Positions 35,620-49,050 of a stretch of DNA of 64,000 nt are shown piece after piece (position 1 is the stretch's first letter; each line of letters starts with the position of its first letter). Origin of the DNA: Lama guanicoe. Its lineage: Eukaryota. A program made the translations under genes and the position numbers. The stretch lies in contig MU053379.1 of assembly GCA_013239625.1 (NCBI GenBank), positions 2,772,866 to 2,836,865 on the forward strand. Reading direction: 5' to 3'. The notes beneath the pieces are model-generated. The model had not been told where the DNA came from and made no database searches. It saw nothing but the letters and a program-made list of their open reading frames with translations.

Positions 35620-35760
35620 AGCTCCTGCCTCAGGGCCTTTGTTCCTGCTGTGCCCTCTGCCCAGAACAAATGCTCCCCACCCCCTCCAGATTCCCAGTGG
35701 CTCGCTCCTCCTTCAGTTTCCTCAGGGGCTACCTTCTCAGGGAGGCCAGTCCTACCCCCG
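35620..35760 (+). mobile_element. L2 (L2a-like) 3' fragment
   Basis: ctcctgcctcagggcctttg..tgctg.gccctctgcc..tggctcgctcc..ccttctcagggaggcc resembles the L2a consensus. Confidence 0.7.
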
Positions 35761-38700
35761 TACTGGTCTCAGCAGCGCTCCTCAATGTCCCAAGTCTCTC
35801 TGGCATGAATGTGTGCAGGCCCCGACGCTCGGGGTGGGGGGTCAGTGTGATGGTCTGAGGGAGCTGCAGCTTCCATCCAGCTTGGCTGCACCCAAGGTGC
35901 GCGAGTCCCTGGACCAAGCTGGACCGGAGATTTCGTATCTAAATACGGCTCCCAGCAAGTCAGCAGCCTTGGGTAACGGGATAAAGAGCAGAACCAGAGC
36001 CAGTGGCCTGAGACGTCTCCTTGCTGGCGGCCGCCTTTCCTCAGCGGTGATCCCTTTCCTCTGAGGCTCTCACCCTCTATGTTCCCGGGTCACCCAGGTC
36101 AGGGGCGCCTAGCCACATAGCCGCACGCCCGCTGTCACAGGGGGCTCGGATGACACCCAGAGCCAGGCTGCTTCTCGAGCTGCTGCTCCTGCCTGAGGAA
36201 CGCAGCCAGGGAGCAGGGTTCCCCTACCTACCAGGCAGGCTCGGGGATGCTCCAGCCGCGGGGTCTGCCCAAGCATTCTCCAGCAGCAACGCCCGGCCCC
36301 CTGTGCTTCCTGGTTTTGCCTGAGATGCGGGCTGCGGGGCGCAGCCTTGCCAGCGAGTCCTGGACGACCACAGCGGCTTCCCTCAGCCCCAGAGATCTCC
36401 CGGATCAGCTGAGCCTGCTCAGAAGAGATGCTGGGTGGCAGCTGAGCGTGCCGGGAGGCAGGGCCACCGGTGCGGGCGCAGGTGGGTGGAGCGTGTCCTC
36501 TGTGCACCTGGGATGCACGCTCTTCAGGTGGTCTAAAGATGCTGCTGATTCCTTCTCAACGCCCTGCAGTGGTGCTGCGAGGCTTCCTAGGTGCTGGGAA
36601 ATGAGCTCTGTCCACGTCAGTGCTGTACGCTTTACGTAATCTTTTAAATTTTTTTTATGAAGTTGACTGGCATGTTTCCCGTTTTTAAGGGATTTCTTTT
36701 CAGCCTTTTGAGGGACTTCAGAGGCTAAAGGCAAAGGAGGAACTGGCTTTTCTCTTTACCATGCCATTTAGAGGTTCATTTCCTGATTATCACCACGTAT
36801 CCTTCCGGAAAGGGAGAGTATAAAATATTCTTTCTCTTTCCTGTCTGCAGACTTAACTGCTGCTAAGAGAGTTCCAGTTGGCCTTTGCTCTGGTTGTTGC
36901 TAAGCAGAAATTCAAGCGAAATCATCAAGACTTCCAGGAACCCACCCTGATGGCTGAGGGAATCCATTCCACCTGCTGGAACCAGGACATGGGGGTCCAG
37001 CCACGCCTCACAAGGAGCATAAACCTGGGGTGTCAGAACCCTCGGACTCTCCTGAAGCACATTCTCAAGGTCATTTCAAATAAGCTTTTGGAATCATTTC
37101 CAAAAACCATCTTGTGAGAAAAATTGCTGGTACCTGCCGGCCATCTCCTGGCAACAGCTGGAGTGTCCCTGGGGCCGTAATTAACAGCGAGGCAGGAAGA
37201 AGATGCCACTCACGCTAAAACCCTGCAAGACTAAGACACCAGGGCCAACCAAACGCAGCTTTCACAGAAAACACAGCAGCTTCGAGTTCTCCCGAGGAAC
37301 AAATTAAATGTCATGTCGATTCTTTGGAACGAACGGTCTCGGGTCCCGCCTTTTCCCGGGAACCTGGGAGCGGCCTCCGCTCCTGCCCCGGGCGGAGGGT
37401 CCCCACGCTGGCTCTGAAGGAGTGGTTTCTTCCTCTCTGCATCTTCTCCTCCCTGTCCATGGGCCTGCCAGCTCTCAGCCAGACTGACCAGCAGGATGCT
37501 CAGAGGAACATCCAACACGTCAGAAGTCTTCATTCCTTCCAGGCTCACGAGGTAGACGGCGCAGCCCGGCTCAGGAAAATCTCGACCCAATGGACCCAAA
37601 CCCTGGCTGACTGTCTTTTCCCCTGATGCACCTTTTTGACATGCAGTTGTGGTGCGGCACTAACTTACCTGGGCTTAGTAACAAGCCCCTCGTGGTGATT
37701 CATGAGTATCTGCTTTTCCCTAAAAAGACGCCAGGCTCCAGAAGTGGGGGGAGGATGGAGCGCAGGTCTCCAGAGCCGCCCGTTTCCCCCTCAACGCCAG
37801 CCCGGTCCCACCCACGGGGGGCGCAGGCAGTCCAGACGGGGCGGCATCCGACAGGTGCACTGTCGTTTTCTATCTGATCAAGTGGGACACACGTTTGTCC
37901 CATCTCTTCCCTGACCCCGGGGAAAGCACCAGAGCTCTGGAGGAAAACGTGAGGCCAGGTGTGGCGCCCAACTGCGCAATCGAGAGTTTTCTTTAAAGCC
38001 CTCGATACCGTTTATGAAAGCGTCCCAATCAAGTTTGTTATGCAAACTGTCACCTGCTCTGTGGACGGACCAGGCTCGGAGCCGGGGAGGGAGGGGAGAT
38101 AAGACCCGGGTGTTGTTCTGCCTCCCGCGTCAGGCTGGACACACATCTGCGGGCTGAGGACACACCCGTATCCCCGAGAGCAGCAGCCTGGCTCTGGCTG
38201 GCCCGCATTCCTGTTGTCCTCCTGGCGCAGATGTTTTAAGAAATTGATGCCTCATTCTCTAAAGAAATGATGGCCCATCAGAGAGAGAAGGATTGCGCAC
38301 ACATAGACAGAGCCTTCCACATGCTGAGAAGAATCAAGATGTAAGTGATGACAAGTCAGAGGCACCGAGACCAGGACGAAGCAGAGGCGCCTTCATGCAG
38401 GACACTGGTTCTCAGCCCTGCTTAGTTCTGAACAGGGAGTCCCCACGCCCAGGCCACACCCAGACCAAAACGTCTGCACCTCTGGTGGAAGGATGCAGCA
38501 TAGGGCTGGACCGGCTTCGTGGGTGACCCGGTGCACAGGCGAGCCAGAACCACTGGGTTTGGGCAATAGGATTACGGGTTAAAAAAACCAGCACCTCCAG
38601 CCACTGTGGTCCTGTATGCACCCCCCACCCCCGAGGCAGGCTGATGCAGGCGGAGCCGGGCTCCAGGAAGACAGCAGGAGTCGGGAGGCGCAGGGTCCGC

Positions 38701-41700
38701 ATGGAGCAGGAGGGTGGCTGCGTGCACTGGACAGTGAGGAAAGCCCGACAGACAGGGTGGCGAGGTGACAGCCCAGGAGACACCTGCTGGGCCCCCTTCT
38801 CAGACACACAGTAACTTGCTGAGTCCTTACGGGGCCTCTAGGGGCCACTTGGAGGCACCACTCTCACGACTCACTTTCCAGAATCGGACGCCGGGCTGCA
38901 GAGTGACCACAGGCTGGACCCAGGCGACAAGAGAGCCCTGCTCTCTGAGACAACAGGCCCTCCCTGTAGCTGGGGAGGCCGGCTCCGGGGGGAGGGTTTG
39001 GCCAGCGTTGAACTCGGGAGCCCAGAAGGACGGTGGGGCTGGGGAGGCCGTGGAGAGGAGGAGCGGGAGGCGGAGGCCCGCCTGGAGGGCAGTGTGCAAA
39101 CCCCGGGAACCCGGCTGGTGACAGCCTGGGCAGCGGATGTGAGCGCAGGACTCCGGTGGATCCTGCTGGTGCTCCTGGATGCCCCAGGACATCAGAAGCT
39201 TCTCGAGGCCTCGGGACGGCCGCTGGGGCCCCGCAGCCCACCCGCCTGCCCCGTGGGAGCGCCCCACGTGTGTCTGTGGACTCAGCGAAGTCAATGCGTG
39301 TTCTGGGCTTCCGGTCCCCTACCTGTTGGGGGTGGCTGGCTGGAAGGACTTTGCAGCTACAACTACGAGGTGACCCACAGACTGTCACCGTCACATATGC
39401 CTGCTGGCCAGTGGACACACACGGCCACCCTGACAGGAATGACAGGAACCCATGACGTCACACAGCAGGTTCTGGTGACCTAAGTGCCTGTGGGTTCCAG
39501 TCACGCGGTATCTTTCCAAAGTGCACTCTTACCTCATGAAGACTTTCTGAAGAACCATGACGAGGACACAAGAGCTTCCCCGAGCGCGCTCTGTTTGAGG
39601 ACTTCCTGGGACACTGTTTGCTCCTCTCCTCCCAGGGGCTGCATGGCTTGTCTGGACGGAAACACTCCCTCCTAACTGGCCGGTGAGGAGCTCTGGTACC
39701 CAAGGTCTGGTGACAGCGTGCCCAGGGAAGGGTGCCCACGTGAGTCGTGGGGGACATCGCTAACACGCGCACTGACTCCACTGTGAGGGGCAGAAGCGGG
39801 TAGGGGGGCGAGGCTGTCGGCCCTGAGTCATCCCGCACGGCTGGTCCTCAGCTCATCGGAATGATGGGAGGGGCGAGACATGGTGTCCCCTGAAGTCCCT
39901 TCCAGCACCACGTTCCACAGTGCCCTTTGCTGATTTCAGCAACTTTATGAGGAAGGTGAATACAGAGGATGTGCTACTGATCAAACTTTATTCGGACCAT
40001 TTTAACTGGGAAGGAGGGGCGGAAAGGAGAGGGGCAGATACAGAATGAATCTGTAAGGGGCCCACCCTCAGCGAACGGGGGAAACCTTTCCTCTTCTGCA
40101 GGTTACAGTTAGATCCACCTTGTGCTGTTTCTGGGGGTTGACCTGATGGCTAACTGCCCAGCAAATGGTCTCAGGGTCACTGCACGGTGACTAGCCTGAG
40201 GCACCCTGGCAAAGGTGCCCCGAGAACGGGTCAGGCGGCCTGGCCAGTGAGAGCTGGGTGAGCTCGCCCCTCCAGGTGAAGGCTGCTGGGTCCTAAAAGC
40301 ACCCGGTGTAACATCCACACACCGGGTTCACTCTGGGACCAACGTGCAGCACACCTGCCGTCCCATGAGGGGACTTCATTGGCCACCAGCATGACCCAGT
40401 GACACTGGGCAGAGTCTTCTGATAGCTTCCGTGAACTTAACGATTTTCTTGTAGGAAAAAACTACAGGTCTTCTATGAGGCAGGTGAGCACCATCAACCC
40501 TTGGAAGCAGACCCCGTGCCACTCTGATCATGCAGACGGGGGAGCGGACCCCGGGCCACCCTGCGCGTGTGGATGGGGGACGGCAGTTCTGTGCAGGCGG
40601 CAGGGGCTGCAGCACCCTGAGACCGACCCAGACTAATCCGGTTTAAGCTCCGAATATGACCTACATTAAAAGTGGCAGAATCTGCTGGAGCCTGGTGGGG
40701 AAGTTCCTCCCACTGGCTCTCAGTCCCTGAGCCTTCACCATCTCCTCGATCATGAGGGAGGCAGTGCTCCTGACCGCATCTCGGAGAAACCAAATGTGTT
40801 TGTGAGGGGCTAACAGATAAACAAAGATCTGTGCTCCCTCTGCTGGCTCCTGACAGCAACGTGAACGCAGAATAGGGCCGTACACAGCGTTGGCATCTTC
40901 AGCAAACGCAGTCAGTCCGTGTTTCCGGAGAAGAACCTCTCGTTTAGGTGTTCTTTGAGGAAAACCCGTCTTTGTCAACTTCTGAGCAAGGAACTTGAAA
41001 ATTCTTAACAGCAGGTATCACAGCGCAGATGCCGGCAGTCCTCCTCCACCGAACTGCGAGCTGTGACTGCAACAGCGGCTTGGGGTTCATTTACCAACAG
41101 ACACAGTGGATTCCTCTGAGACTTTAAGGTCCAGACATAATCTTTAAAGCCGTTCTGGGGGAAAAAAACCAAACTGAAGTCCAAGCTGAAGTTTCTTTTT
41201 TTTTCTCCTTTTGTTTTATAAGAGCACCTTCCAAAAAGTAAAGATTTATACTATTTATATCCTTTCCGATAATGTCAAACATTAGACTTGATTTTCCAAG
41301 TCATTAGCATGCAGAAGACTGACCTCATGGTGAGCAGATGCACTTGGCTGTGAGCTGCACTGATTACATCAGTCCCAGCCGCTCCGCTTAACCCTTTAGA
41401 GGCCTCTCCGCCGGGCCCGGCCCTGGAAACACGCTTGAAAACAGACGTAGTAAGTAGTCCCCTACCCCAGGATGTGTTAAGTGCATCTATAAATACATGC
41501 ATAAAACACATGTACACACACACATACGTGTGTGTGTGTTAACTGCAGCCATTGTTTTAAACACTGGCCACCTTTTAGAAACTGCTGGTCAGTAAGGAAG
41601 GAATCAAAGCAGCCCAGAGCTCAGAGCTGGGTAGGAAAGCAGCTCGAATGCCTTTTATGCCCTGGGAATTATCAATACGAGTGACAGGTCGGGTGGGGTG

Positions 41701-43034
41701 GCGTCAACATAACATTTTTTCTGATTGGGAAAGTAGCTTTTTAAACCTCTTTGTTAAAAGCTGAGCACCCACCTATTGGCCTAATAACAAAAGACGCTAC
41801 ATCCTCATCCGTGGTCGACAGTGCGATGTGGGGAGGGGCACACTGCCTTGCCCAGGTGCCCCTCCGTGGGCTGCCGCTGGCAGGCAGCAGTGCGGGGGCG
41901 GGGAGCCCGCATTTCCCACGTGCGTCTTCGGGCACAAGCACCCCCACGTAGCACAGCTCTTCCCTACACCTAGGACTTAAAGGCTGACATTAGAGGCCTT
42001 CCCTCCAGAAATGGGGCTGCCTGCTGCAAAAAACAGTATGGTTCGAATACAGTGTTCAGGTCCCTCTCCCTGTGCTTGGCGGCGAAGCCCTGTTCCGAGG
42101 ACACAAAGGAGCCCCTAATTCCTCCGACTGTGCACATGCATGTGAGCGGGGGCTGAGGCCCTGCTCTGACGACATCGCGGCCTGGACGGTCTGATTGGGT
42201 CCCAAGTGCACTGTGGGAGCTTAAGCCGCTCAGGGTCAATTTTTCCAGCTGGCTTGTTGCTTGGAAGAGCAGACTTCACCTCCGTTTCTTAGTTTAAGCT
42301 GGCTGGCTCATCTGGGTTTGACTCTACTCGTCCCAGCAAAATAAAAAGACAAGGTGAATAAATCAGTGAAAACTGCTTTCATCTGTAAAAGTAGAAACAG
42401 ACAGGCACAGGGATTCCTCAAAAGCAAAACTGGCTGTGAGCCGGAAGAGGACGTGGTTCTGAAAGTGTGCTTGTGCACGGGACAGAGGTCCCCCCCAACC
42501 AAGTTCCAGTTCAAAGCAAGTTCATTTTGGGCTCCTTCCTGATGGCTGTCGTGGGCAGAGACGCAGCGTGTGGGAAGAGAACGTTGTGCCCAGACTCAGA
42601 GTCACATCCATGGGCCGGTGTGAGACGCGTAGAAAACGTTACCACCCCACACCGAACACCCTACGCCCTGTACGTCGTGAAGCGTGACCCTGATGCCAAT
42701 CATCTGAAAAGAGGAAGGACAGCGTGTGTCTCGATCCCACCTCTGGTCTCATGTGCCTTTTGTACAGGCACCAACACCCACTCTTAATGAGCCGTCAGGA
42801 CCTTTATCCGGTCAGTGACTTCGGCAGATGCAACATTCTTACAGAAGCCTGTCTCCAAACAGCAGGTCTTTAAAAAAACCCAAATCACTCCTAGAGGCTC
42901 ACTCACGCACGGACTCATTTGAATCGGTTTAAATAATTATGAACTTTTGGGAAAGATCAAGTTAGCTTACGTAGAGGCTAAAATATACAAGGAAAAGAAA
43001 GTTCATCAATATTTGTTTCAGTAACACCTTAATC

Positions 43035-43173
43035 ATGTAAAGCACAGGGAAATACGTTCAATATCTTATAATAACCCATAATGAGAAAGGATGTATGTGT
43101 ATGACTGGATCACTGTGCTGTACCCCAGAAACTAACACAACATTGTAAATCAGCTCTACTTCAATAAAAAAAA
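43035..43173 (+). mobile_element. Short L1 3' end (camelid-type) with A-tail
   Basis: gcacagggaaatac.ttcaatatctt..gtatgactgga.cactgtgctgtac.ccagaaa..acaacattgtaaa..cttcaataaaaaaaa; similar to the 3' end of the 12654-16095 L1. Confidence 0.8.
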
Positions 43174-44803
43174 TCGTAATCAAGAGCCCTAAAAACAGAA
43201 CAGCTGAGTTAAGGAATGGAAGTATCTCATTACTTAATTTCTTCTAATTTTAAAAAAACAAAAGCTTTCTCAAGAGTTTAAAAAAAAAAACAACAAACAA
43301 CCCTGCACTGAAAAACTTGGTCCCCATCCCTCGTGAAGATGCAAAAAAGCTGAATGAGAACTTTTTGTTTTTTCAAGACGAGCTTTGATCCTTCGTGCTC
43401 CTTCGCCTAAACATCAGAAGTGGTTTTAAACCTGCAGCCAGACTGGGAATGAAATCTTCATTTCTCTTGAAACTGACTTTTTCTTGGTCTTAGGTAGGAT
43501 GTCGGCAGAGTGTGTAAGAGAATTCGACTCACAGCTGTCCTGCTTTTTTAATGTGAGAAACGTTAATCACAGCTTCGTGTGGGCTTTTCTCATGGTGCTT
43601 ATTTAGTACCGCAGCTCAGCAGAGACGGACAGAGGCCGGCGTGGCTCCGGCCGCCCCGCCGGGCCGGCGTGATTATGTAAATCGCGGGGCCCCGCACCTC
43701 CGCCAGCCCGCTTATCTCCCCGGCCTTCTGCCTGCTGCTCCCGGCCCCCGCGCCAGCGCCGGCCGCTCCCTCTTATCAGCCGCAGAGCGCGGGGAGGCCA
43801 GGACTGCAGCCAGCGATGTTCAACAATGATGCATGGCTGGTTTTATTTGTAGGTGATTTATTTCACTGAATTTAATTTTTTTTCACTTTGTGTGTAAGAT
43901 ATTTGTTAACAAGTCAGAACGGGAGGAGCCAGGCAGCAGTGGGAGAGCAGTGACACGGGGTGGAAATCTGTCAGGCCCTCTAAGAGCTGCGCTGGCCGGG
44001 CGGGAGGAGGCGGCCCTCGTTCAAGGTCTCAGCCTGCGTTGACTGAACACCCCATTCCCTTCTGGAAAGGCAACTGACTCGAAACTACACACAGAAATGT
44101 ATGAGTAATTCTACTCCGTGTGTGTTGTGGGGGGCCCTCAGTGATCATTTCATTGGTTTAGGTGCCAGCACACATTTTTTTTCCCCTAAATGGGAAATAT
44201 AAAAAGAGTAAAACCTAAACACAAAAATTTTGGAATTCCGGCTGGTCTGGTGAGTGAGAGTGCTTCTGATCGTTTCTAGCAGGTTCCCCACCAGCTGCTG
44301 CTCTCAGCGGCCTGTCCATGTGACAGGGGTGCTCGCCGCCCGTGTGATGACGGACCAAGGGCCGTCCCCCATCTCCCCATGTCAGCCCCTCACCCGGGGT
44401 CTCCACAGCGTAACCCCGCTCAGCACTGGTAGCAACGGCTCCGACTGTGAGGAACTCTTTTAGATGAGTGAACGCTGATTCGGGCCCCGCTTTTCAACAG
44501 CATATTCCCAGCTCAGCAAGAAACCCCACTCCCGAGCGGGCCGGAGCACATCACTGAGAGAAAGTTCATTAACCCCACTAGACGCAGAGGTTAACAGGAG
44601 AGTGGAAGAACAGAACCGGGGGAACAGCTCGGATACAAAGCAAATTAAAATGGATGTCACCGCTCCTTTTGACATTCATCAGCTGATGCAGAGGGAGACC
44701 GCGCTTCTTACATCTGCGAGCGTTTATCTGTGCAAAACAGGTGTACGTCTGCGGCGCGGGTGCACTTCGGGGCCGGGGGAGGGAGGACGGTGCAAACACT
44801 CAC

Positions 44804-44925
44804 CGGTTCCACCGAGGGAGTAGCCGGGGGACGGGGAGAAGACCTGGGCTGTGAAGTCCTCGAACGTCATGACTTCCCGGTGGTTCTGAATTACCGCTTC
44901 GAGGTACCGAGCTCTCTCCTCATAG
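44804..44925 (-). CDS. RALGAPA2: RALGAPA2 (Ral GTPase-activating protein catalytic subunit alpha-2) penultimate coding exon, 122 nt
   Basis: cactcctgcag|C TAT GAG GAG ... GGA ACC G|gtgagt; encodes [40 protein letters not shown], the RalGAP-alpha C-terminal tail after the Rap/Ran-GAP domain. RALGAPA2 lies tail-to-tail with INSM1 in mammals; upstream exons are beyond the right edge. Confidence 0.93.
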
Positions 44926-46100
44926 CTGCAGGAGTGGGTTAAGGAGCCAAGCACATGGGCAGCAGGACACACATAACAGTGACAGAGTTCACCTTGTGTT
45001 CCATACACTGGGCACCTTTTGCACTCATGTGGGGAAGAACGTACCTGGCCAGTTTGTAAACACCCTGTCAGAGAATTAACATTAGTCATAATTTGTGGCC
45101 ACATCCCTGTTTTGAGGTCTCAGCGTCTGTTAGACTTTGTGCCCAAACAGGGATCGCTAAAGAATGTGTAAGCCAACAGTTACAGAACCGCATCCAAGGA
45201 GCGTAAGGTTGATTGGGACAAACAAACACACACACACAGAGGCGTGACCGGGGCCCCACCCCTTTCCACCCACAGCCGTGGGTAGGGCTGCTTGTCCCTT
45301 CTTTGTTCCGTGAATGAAGCGCTCTTCTCAGCCTGCTGACAACGCGAATCGCTACTTCAGGCAAAAACTGGTGATACACGCTTAAAACAGAAGACGGTGC
45401 CCGCCACTGGGTGGAGGGAAGGCCAGGACGGCATGCTCCCAGGTGGGCACACCAGAGCCTCAAGCCGAGAGGCCATGAGCATCTGAGAATAAGAACTAGT
45501 AAGTGGGAAGAAGCTAGCAGGGAGCACACAGCAAAAAAAAAAAAAAGAAAGACTATTGCCTTTTAATTAAAACTGCAGTCTGGAACACACGCATTCAAAT
45601 GTGTAATCAAAAACCAGCCACCAATAAGACTTACGAGCGTAACCCGCTGGAGCCACTTCCCAGCTGCCCTCATAGGACCCCTGCGCATGGCAGCCTTTCA
45701 CGGGCAGAAAGCAAACCTTCCCCCTTCGTGTGCGGCTTCTGTCTCCTCGGAGGGTGAACCACGCCGTCCCACGGCAGGACAGCGTCAGGACGGCCCACAG
45801 AGGACCCAGCACCGCACGCCCGGCTCCGCGCACTAACGCTCGGGAAGTCGGCGTCCTCACTCCCCCGTCCTCGTGATCGATGCAAGTTAACACACGTGTT
45901 TTAGTCGTTTTGCAAAATCGTGCTAATTCTCCGGGAGCACAGGCAGTGCGGGTCACCACCCCGTTCATTGCTCGCCGCTCCGGAGAGGCGAAAGTAATTT
46001 CAGCATTTCTCACTGTATTTTAAAACTAACTTTTCAAAATGGCCTCTTTCAAAACATAAGTTGGTGAAAATTATGTCAATTGGCGGTCAGTAGGCACGTG

Positions 46101-46240
46101 TTTTATGTTGTTGTTTATTCTTGGGGGGGAGGTAATTAGGTTACTTACTTATGTATTTATATCAACGGAGGTCCTGGGGATTGAACAACCCAGGACCTCA
46201 TGCATGCTAAGCACACACTCTACCACTGACCTGCACCCAT
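46101..46240 (-). mobile_element. vic-1-like tRNA-derived SINE, reverse orientation
   Basis: gggggggaggtaattagg..ggaggtcctggggattgaac..ccaggacctcatgcatgctaagcacacactctaccactga is the reverse complement of the family at 21683. Confidence 0.85.
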
Positions 46241-48959
46241 TCCTGGTGAGTGTTTTAAAAGAGGAAAATATTTTTCTATCTTCCTCTGTCAAAGTACACA
46301 CATGAATTTCTCAGGATAGGTTCTTTCTCCCCTTCCTTCAATTACATTCAGAGAAAGGCTTCCAGCCTGTGGGATCAGAGGCACCAAGGGCTGTGCTGAG
46401 CAACACGGTAGCCAGGAGCCATCGGAAATTACATTTCAATCTAAATTGACTGAAGAAGTCGAAATTCAGTTGCTCGGCCCCCCAAGCGCGGGTACAGAAC
46501 ACGCCTGTCACCGTGGGAAGCTCTCCCGGGCGGTGCTATTCCAGAGTTTCTTTTCAACCTGGCTCTATGCCACTTTCAAACAGGAAAATGAGTTTGAAGA
46601 CTTGAAAGTGGCCCCCAGTGAAGGATGATCCTTTGTATGGACGGTCACAGCAGCCGGAGGCCTGGGCCGCGGGGGCCTGCTCTGCGGGCGCAAGTCCCCG
46701 GGACTCGCTCCTATGGACCGGCTGCCAAACGTCGCCGCTCGGGCCTGGGTCTGGAGGGACCCACTGATGCCATTCACATCTCATTACGAACACGCTCATT
46801 CTGCACAGCACTTGGCTGTCGCTGTGCGCGGCCCTCTGAGCACGGCCCCTGCGAGCCGCTGGGCCGCGAACAGCAGGACGCCGGGCCTGAGCGGCCGGCT
46901 GGCGGACAGGCGCTCTGACACCGAGCTGGCACGTGCGGGCCCAGCAGGGGCCGAGCCAGGCGTGACAAATTACTCAAAGAGCCGAGCTAAACTCATGGCC
47001 GAGGACCACCTGAGCCTTGGGCCGCTGTCAGCGCTCGCATCCAGGCCCCCTTTCAGTGCTGGCGGCCAGGTCGGCACAGGGCGGCCTCTGCAGCCCCATC
47101 CTGCTGGGCCCCAAAGGCCCTGCTGTGCCTGGACACCCGCACACAGCGCTGAGGATGACGCTGATGAAATGGATGTGCGGGTGTGCTCTGCTAAACAGGA
47201 CGCAGCCGAGGCCACACATCTGGAGGAGCAGCCGTGGTGCTGACCGAGCTCACCGTCAGCCATGAAGGGGTGCCCTGTGCACCCCCATCCACAGGATCCC
47301 AGGGCAGCCCGCCATCCTCGTCCTGAGTGGCACTTTCCCATTGTCCACAAGCTTGTCCTTGTCAATGATGAGAGGCCTGGGCTCCTAAGAGCAAGTCCAG
47401 CACTAGACTCACAGCGGGGGATAATCCAGGTCTGAGATTCTCGGATTCAATAAATATTAATGGCCGGACTCCTCAGTGGAGGCCCTGCGGAGACAGACGG
47501 GCACGAAAGGAGCTTCCAAAGCTGGGTCTGAGAGGAGGAAGTGTTGTGGAAGGGTCCCCAACGGCACCCGGAGCACACACTCCCACCAGGCTGGCGACAC
47601 TGTTCCCGAGCTGAACAGCGCTGAGCTGGGAGCCGTCACTTAGACAAACATCCATTAGGGACTGGAGATCATTTAATGCATTTTCACTCGTGGCCCAAGC
47701 CAGGGGGCGTAAACACCATGACAAAGAGAAAACAAACACCACCCAGCTCTGGCACCGTTCAGAAACAGCCAAGAAGCCCACGCGTGCTAAAATCTTTTTT
47801 TTTTTTTTTGGTAGCTTTAAAAAATGTAGCTCTGGGATCTTAACTGAGTTTGTCGGTAGAGCTATTAGCCAGGGCGACTAGGATCGGTGTCTTCTGATCT
47901 TTTCTTACCTGACACCCTTATGGCTGCCGTGCTGGCTGCTTTCTATTAAGAAAGGCATTTATAATTTAGACATCAAATGCTTTGCAAGGTTCTTCTCCTC
48001 GTGCCTAAGACTTGTTAAGATGTGAACTGGATGCCGAAGCAACACCAGGAGTGGATAATCGGGGACCTGTGACCGAAAGCAGGTCCCAGGACTGATGACA
48101 GAGGCATCTGGACACAAAGTCAACACCTGTTTCAAGACCAGTCGTTGCCCTTCTGTTCTCAGAAAAGTCCACTAACAAACGTGAGACTTAAATTCTGTCC
48201 TGAATTACTAGCTCACTAAATACCACGCACAGTAAAGCACTTTTTAAAGAGGGAGTTTCCCCGATTACTCAACTCAGAGAACATTCAAATCACTAACTAG
48301 AAGCGCATCTTGGTTTCTGGATATTTCTGAGTTTTCAAGTGATCTCCTCTGCCTACATTTTCATGTAAGAATTTTTATCACTTACCAATATTCCTCGACT
48401 TGAATAAAGAGGCCGTACGTCTTAGCTGTTTACATTTTTATCAGAAACCACCAAGACAGCTTTCTGAAACTCTCTAGGGAGGCTCTGCTGGAGGCCCGAC
48501 CCGGAGAATCGGACCCAGCCCCCAACAACTTTATTCTGATGATTATCATTATCTTTTAAATTATTATTTGTTTTAATTTTCAGCAACGGCAGCCGCCGCA
48601 GGGCAGTCTGAAAGGGGCTTGCTCTTTGCAGGCAGACAGGCCTGCACTTGAATTCCAGCCCCTACCCCGCCCCGCCCCGCCCAGCCCCACCGCCTTCTGT
48701 GTGCGGTGCGGATGCTGACATCTGCTCTCGGAGCTGCGGGGAGGCTGGATGGAATCACGTAAAGAAGCACCGACCCAGGTTCCAGCACGCAGGAGAAGCA
48801 CGAAACGTGGACTGCCTGCACCTCCCACCCCTCAAGGTGGGCTTATGGTTTTGTCTTCCAGAAAGAATGTGGTGGATAAACCAGGGGAACCCCTGGTCAG
48901 GCTTTTGGTGGGCTTTACATTAGACCCTCAGGAACTGGGGCAAGTCCCATGGTCTCCGT

Positions 48960-49050
48960 GTTGCTGATCAGGAAATGGAAGCTCAAAGAATTCAAGTGAT
49001 TTTCTGGAGTCACAGTTACTCAGGGGTGCAACTGGGACTAGAACCCCCAT
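48960..49050 (-). mobile_element. MIR fragment
   Basis: gatcaggaaatggaagctcaaaga..aagtgatt..gtcacag..ctgggactagaaccc resembles reverse MIR. Confidence 0.5.
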
